DNA of 64,000 bases from Octopus bimaculoides (lineage: Eukaryota), in assembly GCF_001194135.2 (NCBI RefSeq), contig NC_068992.1:932415-996414 (forward strand), in the 5' to 3' direction. The notes beneath the pieces were generated by a model, which searched no databases, was not told the DNA's origin, and saw only the letters and a list, made by a program, of their open reading frames with translations. This document shows positions 15,370-30,689 of the stretch, one piece after another. The position numbers and the translations under genes are program-made. Numbering within the stretch: position 1 is the first letter of the stretch; each line of letters opens with the position of its first letter.

Positions 15370-15888
15370 GAGAGTGTGTGTTTGTGTGTTTATGAATGTA
15401 TAGTGTAGATATTATGCGTACAGTTAAATTGACAACTGCTACCGTTGAATTTAGAGCTCTACGCAAAATACTATCCACCAGTCTGCTGCATATCACCGTA
15501 GAATATTATCGTTCCGTATAGAGCTTAGATTAGAATTAATATTGGTAGTATTACTGTTTATGATATGCAGAGCAAACATAAGAGAAATCATAATAAATAT
15601 AAGTTTATATCATGTAGTTCCTATGTACGTTTCGCTGTTGTGATTATTAGGTATTTCTGCATCAGGTCATCAGAGAAATACTATTGTATTATGTTACAGA
15701 AATGTTATCCTTTGTGGTTAGGCTTTAAATTGCACTTGGAACATCCAATGTAGAAGATCCCAAAAGCCTGTAACATGTGTAGAGAACACACTTATGAACG
15801 TGTGCTTATCATAAGGTCTCCCCCTCTCACACATCTTGGAGATCAAAACAGACAAATGTGCCAATGTTTCATTTCTTTTTGTCAGGTG

Positions 15889-16110
15889 AAAGGCCGTGGT
15901 CTGGTAGAATCGTTAGCACGCCGGACGAAATGCTTAGCGGTATTTCGTCCATTTTTGTGCTCTGAATTCAAATTCAGCCAAGGTCGACTTTGGCTTTTAA
16001 CCTTTCGTGGTCGATAAGATAAGCACCAGATAAGCTCTGGGAGCGATTTATTCGACTTCGCCCCTCCCACAAACCTGGTGGCTTTGTGCCAGCATTTTAA
16101 ACCAATATTA
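15889..16110 (+). mobile_element. SINE family A full-length copy
   Basis: Head, core and tail all present; ends AAACCAATATTA. Confidence 0.88.
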
Positions 16111-16881
16111 GCTTCGCTACTGCAAACATGGTCAATATAAGATGAACCTGAGAATCTGAGCAAAACATTTCTTTGACACAGAACCAGATACATGCTGGCT
16201 ATAACGATAATAGCCGAAGGAGTCATATCTGGAGAAATATCCAAACACAAGGACAACTCATTGACTCATACTATTTCCAAAGTCTTCATAGAGACCCAAA
16301 TGGATACGATCACTAATTATATGACACAGCTTTCTATTTACATTTATACGCATCTAAATGTATACAAACGATAAATTCCCCTACAGTAAATGGAATATTA
16401 TTCATCATGAACACGGTGTCACCAATTCTATCTTAGCTAGAGACTACCTATAGCCCACCAGTCGGCAGTATCCATCAACAGAAATGAGTTATCTTATTGT
16501 TGCCGTCAGACGTACACTCAGTTATTGGAATTGAAAGCCATGGCAGCAGACAATCCAAATATATCACCCTAGACCTAGCTGACCCCGACTCAACCTGAAA
16601 GTATTTAATTCCTTCTGTCTGTACAGATTTTAGCTCACCTCTCTTATTCACCCATCCTCAAGTGTAAATCCAAACGCCTTAGAATTTGGTTTCTTCAACT
16701 CAAAAACAACTGTCACTAATATTGAGCAATGACTGAGTCACTGACTCACCTACCATGTACAGTACTCAATACAATCAGCGGGTATCACTTGGGCCTAAAA
16801 ATAATGAGATGTACGTGACCTAGGAACCCAAGAAACTTTAAATCATATGGAGCCGAGTTAAACTCCTTTTGGCTTACACAT

Positions 16882-16945
<64 letters not shown>

Positions 16946-17115
16946 NNNNNNNNNNNNNNNNNNNNNNNNNNNNNNNNNNNNNNNNNNNNNNNNNNNNNNN
17001 NNNNNNNNNNNNNNNNNNNNNNNNNNNNNNNNNNNNNNNNNNNNNNNNNNNNNNNNNNNNNNNNNNNNNNNNNNNNNNNNNNNNNNNNNNNNNATATATA
17101 TATATATATATAGAT

Positions 17116-17147
<32 letters not shown>

Positions 17148-20100
17148 GTAGAGAGAGAGAGAGAGAGAGAGAAAGTGAGAGAGTGAGAGAGAGAGAAGGG
17201 GAACAGAGAGAAATAATGTGGGTATAAGGATGTGCAGAAGTGAATCTTGTGCCCCTTCGAAGCTTCTGCTTAGTATCACTAGCCTAGTAATACTGATATA
17301 TGATTGTTATGTACTTAATCAATGTATCTCCGTGAAACCCCTGTTACCTGGCAGCAGGTGTACCGCAACGCTAACAAGATGAATAACATGCTTTGGTCTG
17401 TGCAGGGATTTAGGGGATACACTGTAATTCATTGTGCTTAATCGTTTTTCACATTCGCTAATCAGCTTTTGAGCCAATTAAGGAGATCTATCGTCGAAGG
17501 TATTCCATTCATAACCAATTGTATTTTTAGTGAGCGTTTGTTTTTGAAATCTATTCTTCATTCATATTCATGTGTAATGGTGTGTTCTTTGTGTTTGTCT
17601 CATGTGTGTTTCTACGAATATGCCAGAAAATTGATTTAGTGCATTCTTTGTGTTGCCGAGTGCTTGGATGATTGAATACATATTGAAGCAGGTTCTGTAA
17701 AGATTCTATACACATTCTTTACTGCTTTCATTTATAATCCTACCAAAACCACCACAAACACCATCTCCAGTAGCACCGGTGTTAAAATCATACACTAGAG
17801 CTCCAATGAATGTTTATAGGTCGTTTAACCTGAAAAATTTGCAGCGATATTTAACATTCGGTTAATAGCTTTGCACCATTATCTCATCTTAACTTGAATT
17901 ACTAAATATATTATATTTAATAGAAAATAATAGTAAAAGCTTTCACCGGTGTTTGTATTTCTTCTTTTATCAATTTGCTGATTATCATAACCGAAAGAAT
18001 GAGAGAAGGGGAAAAAACCCTAAAAAACGAAAAACACAACGCTGATTATGATATATATCTCTACATGCATCATGGAAAATGGGCATTTTGTAAATAATTC
18101 CTTGTGTTTCTTTAAGGATGAAACTCTAGAATATCAGAAGCAAATTCCTCACATTGCTCTGAGCTATTCCCAACAGCTGGATAAACTGAAGAATGTAGAA
18201 CAAAGTGTCCAGCTGAGAAACAAAATGAAATGCCTATATTGAGTTTGAACTCACAAGTCATGCTTTTTATGTATTTCGGCATTTCTTTCTTATATAGAAT
18301 TTTACTGCTGCGACCAATGAAAATGAAGAAAACTATACCACCAGAGACACGAAGAAATGCAGCAAAAAGAAAACAAATAAATGAGCGAAAAAAATGGAGA
18401 ACAGTATATAAAATATTGTAAACAATGAAATTAACTTTGAAGGAAAATACTGAAGACAGCAAGCAAAAGAAAGCAGAAAACCTCTCCCGCTTTAATTGTA
18501 TTTATTAGTATTCACGACTGTGAATTGTTGAACGTCGTACTGAATACAGATTAAGAATTTTCTTAACATATTCTCACAGAATATAATTTACGAGAGAACC
18601 TTTATCCATACTGTTTTATACTTACATGTATGTATTTAGATAATTGAATGAATCTCCAAGGTGCAAAACGGAATATGTTTTGTTATTCAATGTTTCCGAA
18701 ATAATCATTCTATCTCATTCTTTTGCCAGAAATCCTGCACATGGTCGCAACATATGAATATTGACAAGAGAACAATACTATAGACGCGACAATACACAAA
18801 ACACCTACTTTTATATCTCTACTGCAAAGGGAGGTATACATAGGCAAACGAGATCAAATCATAGATGGATGCATGATAAAAGAATTCACTTCTTTATGTA
18901 TTTACATTTTCTCGCAAACTTCTTTTCTAATATTAGCTTATAGTTCCTCTATAATACACACAATACCATCTGTTGCATGAATATTCTGAAAGACATCTAT
19001 GAATGTTTCGAAGCCTAATAATTCCCACACTTTATAGTATTCTGTACGAGTATAAAACTCATCGTTGTTAATGCATGTCTTCTCTAAACGTTACAGTTTG
19101 GGGTGAAAGATAAACTCTTTTAAATAATTGTTTTATGCAATATCTTCGACACTTCAATGAAACACAGCATTTTGCTTGTTTGTAGATATAGTCTGTCAGT
19201 TAGTCGCTCTCTCTCTCTCTTTCTCTCTCAGTCTCTCCCTTTCTCTCTCAGCCTCTCTCTTTCTCTTTTCCTTTGATATGATGGCGATGGTAACGGTGAT
19301 GGCGATGATAATGGTGATGAGAATGAAGCAATGAAGCTGGGATTCTATTCGAAAAGGATATGCCTTTGTTCTGTTTATGTAACTCCCCGAATTAACATAC
19401 TTTTTCTTGAAGCATATAAAACGGAAATGGTTTCTTTAACGTTAAGATTAGGGAAATGAAAAATATTTGCAGATAAGACGTTAAGCCAACACAGTAACCT
19501 TCACAGAGGATCTCTTTCATTATATTTCTTTATTTATAGAGAATAAAGGATATAAAATTAATGACTTTACTGATAAGCACAGAAATAGTTTAGCAGCAGA
19601 AGTAAATTGATGACCTGTGTCTTCGTGGACATCCAATAATCTTGATCAGTTCACACAATTCTTTCAAATGGTACTATCTATATATTTACACTTCATGTCC
19701 TCTGCGATCTTCAAGAAAATGCTTATCTCTATTTCACGTATCATTTTGTCAATGACAGTCAAATAATCTCTACTGAAAGGAGTTAGTATATCGCATTTAC
19801 GATGCTCACATTCTTTTCCAATTCACGCATCAATCCTTTATATTTATATTGAAGCGCGCCACATTAGCCTAACTTATGCTCAGATGTGTTCCATCGGTTT
19901 CTCTATTAAGGAAAATATTTGACTTTATCAAGTAGAAGATGTGATTTCACGAATAACCTACTGCTATTAAATCGAGTAGATGCTATTTGCTTCGCTTTGT
20001 CCGCATCAGTGAGTGCGTACAGTTCTGATTTATAAATCCTGCAGTAGATATTAAGTAAAAAATTGGGAATGAAATAGTTCAGCAATTGTACATCCAGCGA

Positions 20101-20483
20101 TAATATCCAAACTCCAGTAACATTGGTGGCTAAAAGTTGTGTATGTTCACCCCTGCTTTATGAGGTAGTATTCGTTCGTATGGATAGATGAAACGTAAGC
20201 GAAATTCTTGTGAGACTTAAAATGGAAACGTTAAGAGACAATATTAAATAAAAGTTCACATCAAGTTCATTTCTTTCGTATTTCTGCCGTCTAGATATCT
20301 ATTGATTTGACAGGGAAATATTGATATGCGATTCGAATCTTAAGAAATGTGAGTTCGAATTTTTTTCTACAGTTAAAAGTTCTATTGTTCCATGATCGAG
20401 ACTAAGGGGATATACATTTCGTCATCACCACCACCACCACTACCACCATCGTTTTCCTTTTCATTCTTTCTTTCGTTCTTTTT

Positions 20484-20515
<32 letters not shown>

Positions 20516-20520
20516 ATTAT

Positions 20521-20836
20521 AAAGGCGACAAGCTGGTTGAATTTATAGCACGTCGCTTAAAGGGCTCACCAGCACCGTGTTGGTCTTTACGTTACGTTCT
20601 GAGTTCAAATTCCGCCGAGGTCGACCTTGCCCTTCCTCATTTCAGAGTCGATAACATAAGTACCAGTTGAGTGTTGTGATCGATATAATCCACGAGTTCC
20701 ACCCCAACACAATTTCCGGTTTGTGCCTACAGTAGAAAGGATTTGTATTAAAGCGGCAATCTGGCGTAAACTTTACAGTGTTGAATGAAATGCTCAATGG
20801 TGTTTTGTCCGGCTCTGTACGCCCCGAGTTCAAATT
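20521..20836 (+). mobile_element. SINE family A copy (alternative tail) followed by a second head fragment
   Basis: 20521-20750 has head and core plus tail TGTGCCTACAGTAGAAAGG; 20750-20836 is a degenerate head ending GAGTTCAAATTT. Confidence 0.8.
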
Positions 20837-22090
20837 TAGTGTTGCGAAATCTGAGTCATTTGCTATAAAACACTAGGGGTTGTACACAGTTCAATGCATC
20901 CTAGTAGCAGAGGTACAACGTGGCAACAAACACCAAATTTGCGCATGCTATTCGAAGACCTTGATATGGACAAAGCTTTCACTAACACTTTGCTCTAATG
21001 TTTGGAACGAATCGTACCCAGGATACCGCAATTATCTGCAAGAGAGGCGGGAAAATGCGAAAAGCCGATAATAGCGGAAATACGGGAAGTGATATTTGGC
21101 AGCATAGGGGGAGCATTACTCAGTTTGGGTGGACTGTGTTATGAACTTTACTTTTTTATGTAAGTCTTGTTCTAGAATCGCAAACATAAACGATGGTTAT
21201 CGATAGCTACTCACTGATCTGCTTTCATGACGAATACTAAAATATGTCAACTAACATAAAAAGAAGCTATTTAAAGCACGCTACGTTGGTCGCACAAATA
21301 CAATATAATTCGACATAATCGCATGTAAATTTCAAGCAGACCGTCACACATGCACTAGAAATCTTTTGTAAAAATGATAAAATGAGCAAGAAAACAAAAC
21401 AGAATAATTTGCATATCATATAAATTTTAAACTAAATTGATCGTTTTTGTCGCAGCAGGTAGAAGAATATTTGACATTTAAAATTATTAAATCTCTCTCA
21501 CTCTCCCTCAATTTTTCTCTCTCTCTTACTCTTACTCTTTCTCTCTTTCTCTGCCCCAATTGCTGTATACTCCCCATCCCATTCATATTTACTCCCTCTG
21601 TGAGTGGAGGCGAAGAATATAATTGAAAACGGAGGAAATTTACTACTTGTAATAACAAAACAAATTGATTATCTCGTAACCAATGGTGATGCAAAAAAGA
21701 CAGCTACAACTGAAAACGAAAAACGAAAATTATGAAAAAAAATATCGTTTGCAGTTGTGTAAAAACTTGTGCAATGGAAACGATTTGCCCATTTTATATC
21801 CAGAATATTCTATAAAATTTATAATTCACAAAACAGGTGAATTCTCTGAGCAGCGTTCCAAATACTCAGACGATTCCTAAAGTAATCCCGGAATATATTA
21901 CTGAAAATTGTTTAGAAGAATACCGGAAAAACCCTAGCATACCAGATCATTTAATTAAAATTGTGAGATAATGCAATTTTCTTCTTTCAGACAAAATTTT
22001 CAACCGAAATCTAAGGCTTTTTGACATATATAAATACATACATAGAGACATTTACATATGTATATATACATACATGCATACATACACACA

Positions 22091-22176
<86 letters not shown>

Positions 22177-22255
22177 NNNNNNNNNNNNNNNNNNNNNNNN
22201 NNNNNNNNNNNNNNNNNNNNNNNNNNNNNNNNNNNNNNNNNNNNNNNNNNNNNNN

Positions 22256-22304
<49 letters not shown>

Positions 22305-22735
22305 ATGTATATATATTCACACACACACACACACACATATATATGCATGCATGTATATATATATATGTATATGTATGTATATCAGGTGTCTATATGAGTA
22401 AAAAAAAATTACAAAGAGAATATATATCTTTGTGTGTGTCAGTGTGTGTCCATATAGACATAGTCTCGTATACACATGCACGTATATATTTATAGTCATT
22501 GCCATAATGGGAACAAAAGATTGAAAGTAAATTTGCATAAAACAATTCACAGAAATAGAAAAATGATCAACATATATCAGACTTACCTTCGCTTAAAAGC
22601 AGTTATTAAATAGCAAAACCAGGAAAATAGAAAAAAAAACTGAAGGAGAGTCTAATCTTGTAAGTTATCATTTGAAATATTTTTTCATACTTCGACAATA
22701 GATGTGGTAAAGATCTTAGTGGAAGATTTCTTTAA

Positions 22736-22777
<42 letters not shown>

Positions 22778-24527
22778 CGTTTGTTTAAATATTGAAAATA
22801 TTTAAATGCTAAATGTTACACAGAATTCAAATTAGTAGTTTTATTACAAAATGTGTATTCTAAATGAATGCACTTTATATTAGTATAGATTTTCTAACAA
22901 GAGAATATTCTAAAATACTTTCACAGTTACTGCTGCAAGGTCAAGGCAATCGTCCTTCACTGTGTCATGTTCTTAAACTTTAATGTTCTCACACATTTTT
23001 CACACACGCAATTATAAACAAGTATAAAGGAATAGAACCTAAATAAAACTGAAATTACACTTTAATTACATATGGCTATCGAAGTAGAATGATACATTAC
23101 GTAAACTGAAATGACCTCTCAATATTGCTTATATACTGAAATGAAACCGCTTTGAATTTCATATGAAAATAAAGCATAAAATTTGAATATAGATCTTGCC
23201 TCGTCTTATTAGCCGTATGTAAAACTGATGTGTGCCACTACATTAATATCATATTGAATATCTCATCAATCGAGGCTACAATAATATAACTGGGTAAATA
23301 CTTTATATGTTTTTTTCCATGACCTATATAGAAAAGTGTACTATACAAAACTAGTTTAAAAATCTAAAAAATCCAAGGGAGAATTTATAATACATAAAAT
23401 CTATGAAATATTGAACTAAGAATTAAAATTGGTTACGTTTAAGAAACGAAAGTGGGAGAAAGACGACGCGCGTTTCATGGCCACATAACAGTGGGAAATA
23501 TCTGGTCAATCTACAATGAATCGAACAAGATAAATACCACCCAATATGAGGACACTCTTCAAGTCCGGTAACTTCAAAAAACGTATCTTAAATTTTAAAA
23601 TGCATAAAATAAGACAAGTATAAAAATTTGTTCGTTTAAGCAACGTTTAGTACAAGGAAATTGTACTAAACTCCCGAAATATGCCATTTACGCCCGTTCC
23701 CCTTTTTTCATCTTCGGTTTCGTATCTCGGATACGAAACGTGATGACAAGAATTAGTACTGGCTATAATTTGTATCGAATATCAGCAGGGATAACTTTAT
23801 CAACTTTTATAAAGTTATATAAATTATTGACTTGAGCATAAAGACACGGTGATATCTGTACTCTGTTTTCTCCCTCCCTAATTCTTCTCTAATTTTGTCC
23901 CCATTTTATTGACTTTTCATTGTTTTAAGCACTTCCTTGATCTTCATTGTTTACTCTATTTCAAATCGGATTAGGTATATAGTTCAGATACTCAAAATGT
24001 CTCCTTTATCCCTTATGTGTTTATGAGTCCTCCTTTATTGTTATTATATAGACTGAATTATCATAGTGCAATTTATATAGAACTGGTATCGCCCAAACCA
24101 GATTCTTAAAAACATCACCGCATGCTTTCACTAGGTGGCAACTTTAAAATAGGAATAAGTGACTAATATGCCAGCGAGATACATTAACATTCCACGAATT
24201 ACAAGACTGGCGAAAATACCATTGGGGTGGCCAGCATATTCTCTCGGTAATGGCTGATAATAGCAACTACAATGATTAGACATATTGAAAAATGTGGATA
24301 CATGATAGGATCGTCACGCCGCAACGATTTTGGTCGTAGATCTGTTCCATCAAGATAAACTAAAAGAAAGCAAACTAACGTCTAGCACACACATCCATCG
24401 TAACATTATGTGCAAAGATAAAACATCCCCAAAACTGAATATTTTAATAATGGGTGACATATAGTATGACGTCTATATGGAATCACACACACGCATATAG
24501 CAAGTGTATGCACATGTACATACAACT

Positions 24528-24595
<68 letters not shown>

Positions 24596-25672
24596 TCACA
24601 CATATATATATATGTAAACACATGCACACACAAACACACACACTCAAGTCTACTCACACACACACATGCACACACACGTACACTCACATATAAATAGTTT
24701 ATTGTTTTATCCGTTATCACAAACTACTGAAGTACACTTATTGATTTCTCTTTTTAATTTAAAGATATTTTCTTGTGGAATTATTGACTACTGGACACTC
24801 GCTACAGAGGAGATCTTCGGGTTAGATTAAATACTTTGATGTTATTTTTAACATCTTCTAAGAGTCTGTTTTATAGACATTGTATATGATTGCTATCACT
24901 TGAAGGTTCCAATACAGAAAAATATACCCTTTACGCTTTATACAATGCCGCTAAGGATGTTTATAGTCGATACTACTCTTCTTATTTTTATGTTATACTT
25001 TAACGGTTTGTGTTTAACGCCATCTATCATATTTACCATGGATTAGATATACACTATTAGTAGCTCTTATCTTCAAAATAACTGAATTTACTTTGAAGAT
25101 ACTTTGTCCCTCCAGACATTAATCATTTCAGTCCACTATGTTTTCCCTGTAGTTTTCTTAACTCCTTATGTGACAGTTTCAATCCTCGTGTAAAGCTGCT
25201 GTTTGCAGTAAACAGAGTTTAGTCTGTAAAAAACCCGCCAAAGCAGGATTTAGTCTTTAAACGATGAGACCATTGACTATGAAAATTGTGAGTTGTGTTC
25301 ATGACACATGTTCTTATGGTTGTGTGACACACCAAAATTAAACATGACATGTACCTTATATTATCTGCCACACTTCAAAACATGTAAAATTTTATTTTGA
25401 ATTCTTGTTGCTCCGTATATTATTTCTCAGGAAATAGCATTAGAGACGTTTATTTTTAAAAATACTATTTAAAGATTTTTATCACAAAACCAAATTAGAA
25501 AAAATGTTAAAGTATTAGCATTATTCCTCATCAATTCAAAATTGAAAATTTAACGCATTGTCATAAAATATTCAAGCTTCTTTATAAGATATTCATGTAT
25601 ACCATATATTTTGCAATTACATGTTATTAACAGTTAAATAACGGTTAACTGAAACCGTTTTCTGAGATATGA

Positions 25673-25759
<87 letters not shown>

Positions 25760-26219
25760 TCAATCACTCACAATCTCACACGCGCACATATAGAATTATC
25801 ACAGAACCAAATACTGTTATTTCCAATGCGTTTACTAAATATGCTTCTTATGTAGGTTTACTCTCAACGGTCGATTACAAGCAAAATATATTCGTGGAAT
25901 CATACTCGCTCCATTTATCGTGGACAGGACGGGGAAAGTAGCAGAAATCCATGGAAGGCACCATACCAATTAAGAGAAAAAAAGGAAATTTTAAAAGGTT
26001 AAAATTAAATAAGTTACATTGAAAATTCCTGTGAATGACAGCCAAAGAGATGAACTGTGCAATATACTGTCTGACAAGCGGCGACTGCACCTGCTCACCG
26101 TGAAGGAAGGGTTGAAAATGTGGCCTCATGCACATACATAACAGAGGCGACGTAAATATTCACTACCTCCACCCGACCTTCAACAGATAGCATTTCTCTC
26201 CATTCATTTCTGGCTGAGA

Positions 26220-26297
26220 TTTTCCGGCAGAACTTGAATTCAGAACGTAAATACAAACAAAATTCGTGCTAATGTCTCTGCCAGCTCACCACCTTAA
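26220..26297 (-). mobile_element. SINE family A head fragment
   Basis: Reverse complement TTAAGGTGGTGAGCTGGCAGAGACATTAGCACGAATTTTGTTTGTATTTACGTTCTGAATTCAAGTTCTGCC. Confidence 0.75.
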
Positions 26298-26329
26298 ATT
26301 GATTCATAATATTATAATAGGTTTTGGGG

Positions 26330-26545
26330 CTGCTAGCTCCCAGAACTGTTGGCACGCCGACAAAATGCGTAGTAGCATTTCATCCGTTTGTGCGTTCTGA
26401 ATTCCAATTTCGCCGAGGTGGACTTTGCCTTCTATCCTTTCGGTTTCCATACAATAAGTACCAGTGAAGCCCAGCGGTCGATGTAATCAGCATACCCCTA
26501 CTCTCAGAAATTGTTGACCTTGTGTCAAAATTTGAAACCAATATT
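26330..26545 (+). mobile_element. SINE family A copy
   Basis: Core GAGGTGGACTTTGCCTTCTATCCTTTCGG and tail CCTTGTGTCAAAATTTGAAACCAATATT. Confidence 0.85.
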
Positions 26546-29500
26546 AGAAAAGATTTATGATAATTGTATTAACATACCAACTTCTAGCAGCACATAAACC
26601 TACCACGTCAGCTCTCTCCATGACAGGCATATCGCCACTCCAACATGCACTCGATCTGTTTGTCAGCTTTAAACATAGTATTTAGGAATTGCGATTGTTG
26701 AATGGTCTGATATATGCTTAAATACAGCAGCACATTTCACACACTTCTAGCATCACATATCAGCTGCAAGCATTGACCACAACCACCTCAATTGACCTAT
26801 TTGTAATTTATAGGAGACGGGATATGAGGGACACGCACCTTTACCATATAAGCACGGTGCACTATGGAAACTTAACTCGATTGCCGATGCTCTACCAATT
26901 CGATCATATTGTTTCAGTAAAAGATATGAGAAATGCTTGCCAGATCGAATGATATTACTAAACAGTATATACATTCAGAACTTAGAAAATATCAGCGTTT
27001 ATTCAATCATTAGTTTTACTTTTAAAGAAACATCTGAAACAATCTATAATTCCTTAGATGAGAAACAAAAATAAATAAAAGTGCATTTGTCGGAAATTGA
27101 ATATCTTAATGTTGTAGGGAATATCGCTTACACAACATCAACTCATATGTGATATTACTTCTGTGTCAATGCATTCATAATGTATGGACGTATTATACGT
27201 TTTCCAATCTTACAACAAGTACACGCAATCAAATCAATTCTTAAGAAGAAATTTCTCAATAAATCGCATACTTCTATGAAGTCTGCCGAAATCAATAAGA
27301 TGTGATGAAATTGAGCTTGTCGTGCCATATTGAGGTTTGGTTGAGAATTACGGCGGATAGTCTTCGCAACAAAACTATATTACCATAGTTACATCTGCTG
27401 TGTTGTATTTCATAATTGATTCGCGTTACTTAACCGAAAAGGATATTACATATTGGTTCATCCAATAACGAGTCAGTGATATTCTTGAGTTCAAACGACA
27501 AGGATTTATTGAAACAAATGTAATTGGATAGCTTTGCAATATTTTGGAGAATTCTTTTAAAATTTAGCAAGGAGTTTTCCTCGCGTGGCTCTGCAGTTAA
27601 AACAACATTCTTCATCGCATTTCTTGATGTTCAAATTTTCTTGATATTAACGTTTATCATTGTTTTTTGATTATTTGCATTGACCTACATTACAATTCAT
27701 CCTTGTACTCCATAATATATCCTAACGTCGTTATAACATTCATTCAAGTTGCCACAGCAGTGATTTTGATTCAACATAACTTTGAAAAGCAACGCAAAGT
27801 ATAACAGATCAATGAATAAACGACGAGCAACCAGAGACGATTATAATCTTTCAGTGCCCAATATTCCTTGAAATAGCATGAACTTCAAATGTAACGTTCT
27901 TCTCTTCAAAACTTATAAATATACGTCTGTTTCAAATTCAAAGGTGTATATGGTACACAACTAATCAACTGAACAAATAGGCTGAGACCTAAGTCAATTA
28001 TTCAGTCAGGGCTCTCAATCTAGGTGATAACACTATATTGAAATGCAGTGGGGGATTACATGTTGTACAGAGAAAATGAATGAGTATTTTTTTTCTTTTT
28101 GCGGTTGGCTAGAGTAGGAGTAACCAAACGAAACGCGGCCCTAAAACAGATGAAGGAGGATCAGGAGAAATTAATAACCTCCTATCCTACTGATCTATTT
28201 TATTACCTTTCTTCTTACAGGTTGCTTAATTATAAACACCTATTTACGATAACTTTGAAGGGGTACATAGACTTTCGGCGAGATTAAGAAATCAGTCAGT
28301 CTATTGCGTTTTGTGGACTTCAGAAGTGTTCGTTTCGGCATGGACTGTCGTGTAACGATTCGACAGCGCATGGAGATAAACCACTTGTTCATGTCAAGGT
28401 AACGCCATGAGGGAAAAATTGTTTAATTGAAATCGATAAAATAATTGTAAACAAAGTAACAAATGCGACTTGGCAACTTTGTCTTTATAACTATACTTCA
28501 CGAAGGTTTTGTGGGTTTTCGGATCATCAGTGCCGTGGTGTCCTGGGAGGACTCCCTACCTTTCGACTCTCAGATAGCCACCATCCGAAAAAGAAGTGCA
28601 TGAGGCAAACACCTGGATAATGTACCCCAATGCGAGTGATATGGGCGTGTGTGCGTGTGTGTGTGTCTGTCTGTCTGTACTCATATCTGTGCATACGTGC
28701 ATATACACAATACCTTCATACAATCATAGAGTGAAGTACAGAGTAGAGAGGATTATTCTTCATGCGCCAATCCGAAGTCTCTGGATGTTCGAAACAAAAA
28801 ACCCATTGATGCGGAATGGAGAAATCTAAAAGTAAGTTAGGAGCACAGCTAGAAATTCCTGAAACCAAAGCGAAAAACTCAATAGTTACTACCAAATAGC
28901 ACCAGGTTAATAGAGCAGGACTTTATTATTCGTTGTGCTGTTTAAGCATTCTAATACTGACACTCATATCTTGCTTTCGTATTCTTAAATAATAATAGAT
29001 ACAATAGCGGAAATATTTTCCACAGTAAAGAATTTACCTATAATTGACACACCTTAATTATATGACAGTCTTAAGGGGTAAATATAGGACACTTCGTGGC
29101 CTAGAAGTAGCGGGAAAATCACGTTTAGCTCATAACTTACAGTCTCGTACGAGGGATTATTGTATTAGTTAATCGGGCGTACTAAATACAGTTGACACGT
29201 CATTCATATTTATAATGTGGTTGGTCATAGATCTGCTAAAGCAATTTGACTTAACATTGAACAACGATGGCAGCATAAACTACTGATCGTTAACTTCCCA
29301 TCAACGCCGACCCAATTTTAACGCTATTCCAATTTCAATTTATATTTGATACTATTCCTCTCAGTCAAACCAACTGTGTCGTGCACCACATGCTTTGCTT
29401 GCATCTTATTTCCTTTCCACAAAAAGGTTTTTACATTTGTTGAATATTACAGTTAAGGAAAAGTCATGTCTAAAATGTTGTTATTAGTTGCTTCATTCTA

Positions 29501-29729
29501 AAATTCAAATGTTTGCAATATATATAATAACAGTAACACGAATGAATGCGAACATAAATAATTTTATTGCTGGAAATAATAGTTGTAAGCAGGTTTTATT
29601 ATGCAAAATATCTCCCCTATTCAGCTATGAAGGCACATGAATAAAAATGTATCATACAGTGGCATATTTGAGTGTGTGTATACACAGACATATTTGAGTG
29701 TGTGTATAATCTCTTTTTCTTTCCTTATA

Positions 29730-29766
<37 letters not shown>

Positions 29767-30587
29767 ACGTGCGTGCCTGCGCGTATGTGCATGTGTGTGA
29801 GTGAGTGTGTGAGTGAGTGCTATCAGATCTAGACGTCATTTCTGTCATGAGATACGATTAAAGGAAATGAAAGATCCATTTCAAAATTCATTCCGGCGAG
29901 AGAACATTGATGATTTAATAAAGGTTATTAGTTTCAACTGTTACAAATGAATATATTGTTTTAATTTCTTACACACGTCAAATCAAACGAATGAACAAGA
30001 TATTGATATAAGTGATGGAATTGTTGAAATATAGTGACTGCACATTTCGATAGCAATCATATTTATAATTATTTTTCTCCAGCTGAAAGAATAAGTTTAC
30101 TGCTAATTCAATCTAACTCAGAATGTAATACAGTGAATATCTCCCAAACCTCCGGATATGTTTAACAGTTCGACTTCTATCGCATAGCACCAAACATGAA
30201 GAATGCAATTTTTCCTTGGAAATCTAGTAGTCTTTCGTTCTAAGTTTGCTAAAGTGTCATAAGATATATAGACAGATAATCCTGCTGGGTTGCGTAGATT
30301 TAGCTCTAATACAAGTATCGAACACCAACCTCAAATGATGAAGTGTGGTATTTCCTTAGTCACACGCTAATTTTGATGAATACGTAAATGAGTAGGTACT
30401 TGCACATATGTTATAATTAGGAAGGATGCCTTCTAAATAGGAAATCATCTTTATTCTTTAGACCACCAAGAAAAGAAAAGAAGAAAAAAACAGAAGGCAA
30501 GAACGATTCTAGAAGAATATAAACTCAGACGATGAATGGATATAGAAACAGTATTTTATCCTGTCTTGTCATTTCATGCTATTTGAT

Positions 30588-30689
<102 letters not shown>

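Noticed and set aside
18117-18388. Two acceptor-preceded open stretches (DETLEYQKQ...; NFTAATNENEE...)
   Set aside because: Joining them needs a poor donor (GTCCAG); no homology recognised.
20161-20185. TGAGGTAGTA, identical to the first 10 nt of let-7
   Set aside because: The 3' half diverges and there is no complementary star arm downstream.
20890-21200. RMLFEDLDMDKAF resembling a LINE RT motif
   Set aside because: Isolated weak match with no further RT motifs in order.
26814-27074. 86-codon open frame after an AG (ETGYEGHAPLPYKHG...)
   Set aside because: Several frames of this length are expected by chance in 64 kb; no motif or good donor.
27400-27620. FKI*QGV resembling RTE F.I..GVRQG
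   Set aside because: Too decayed to call without a profile search.
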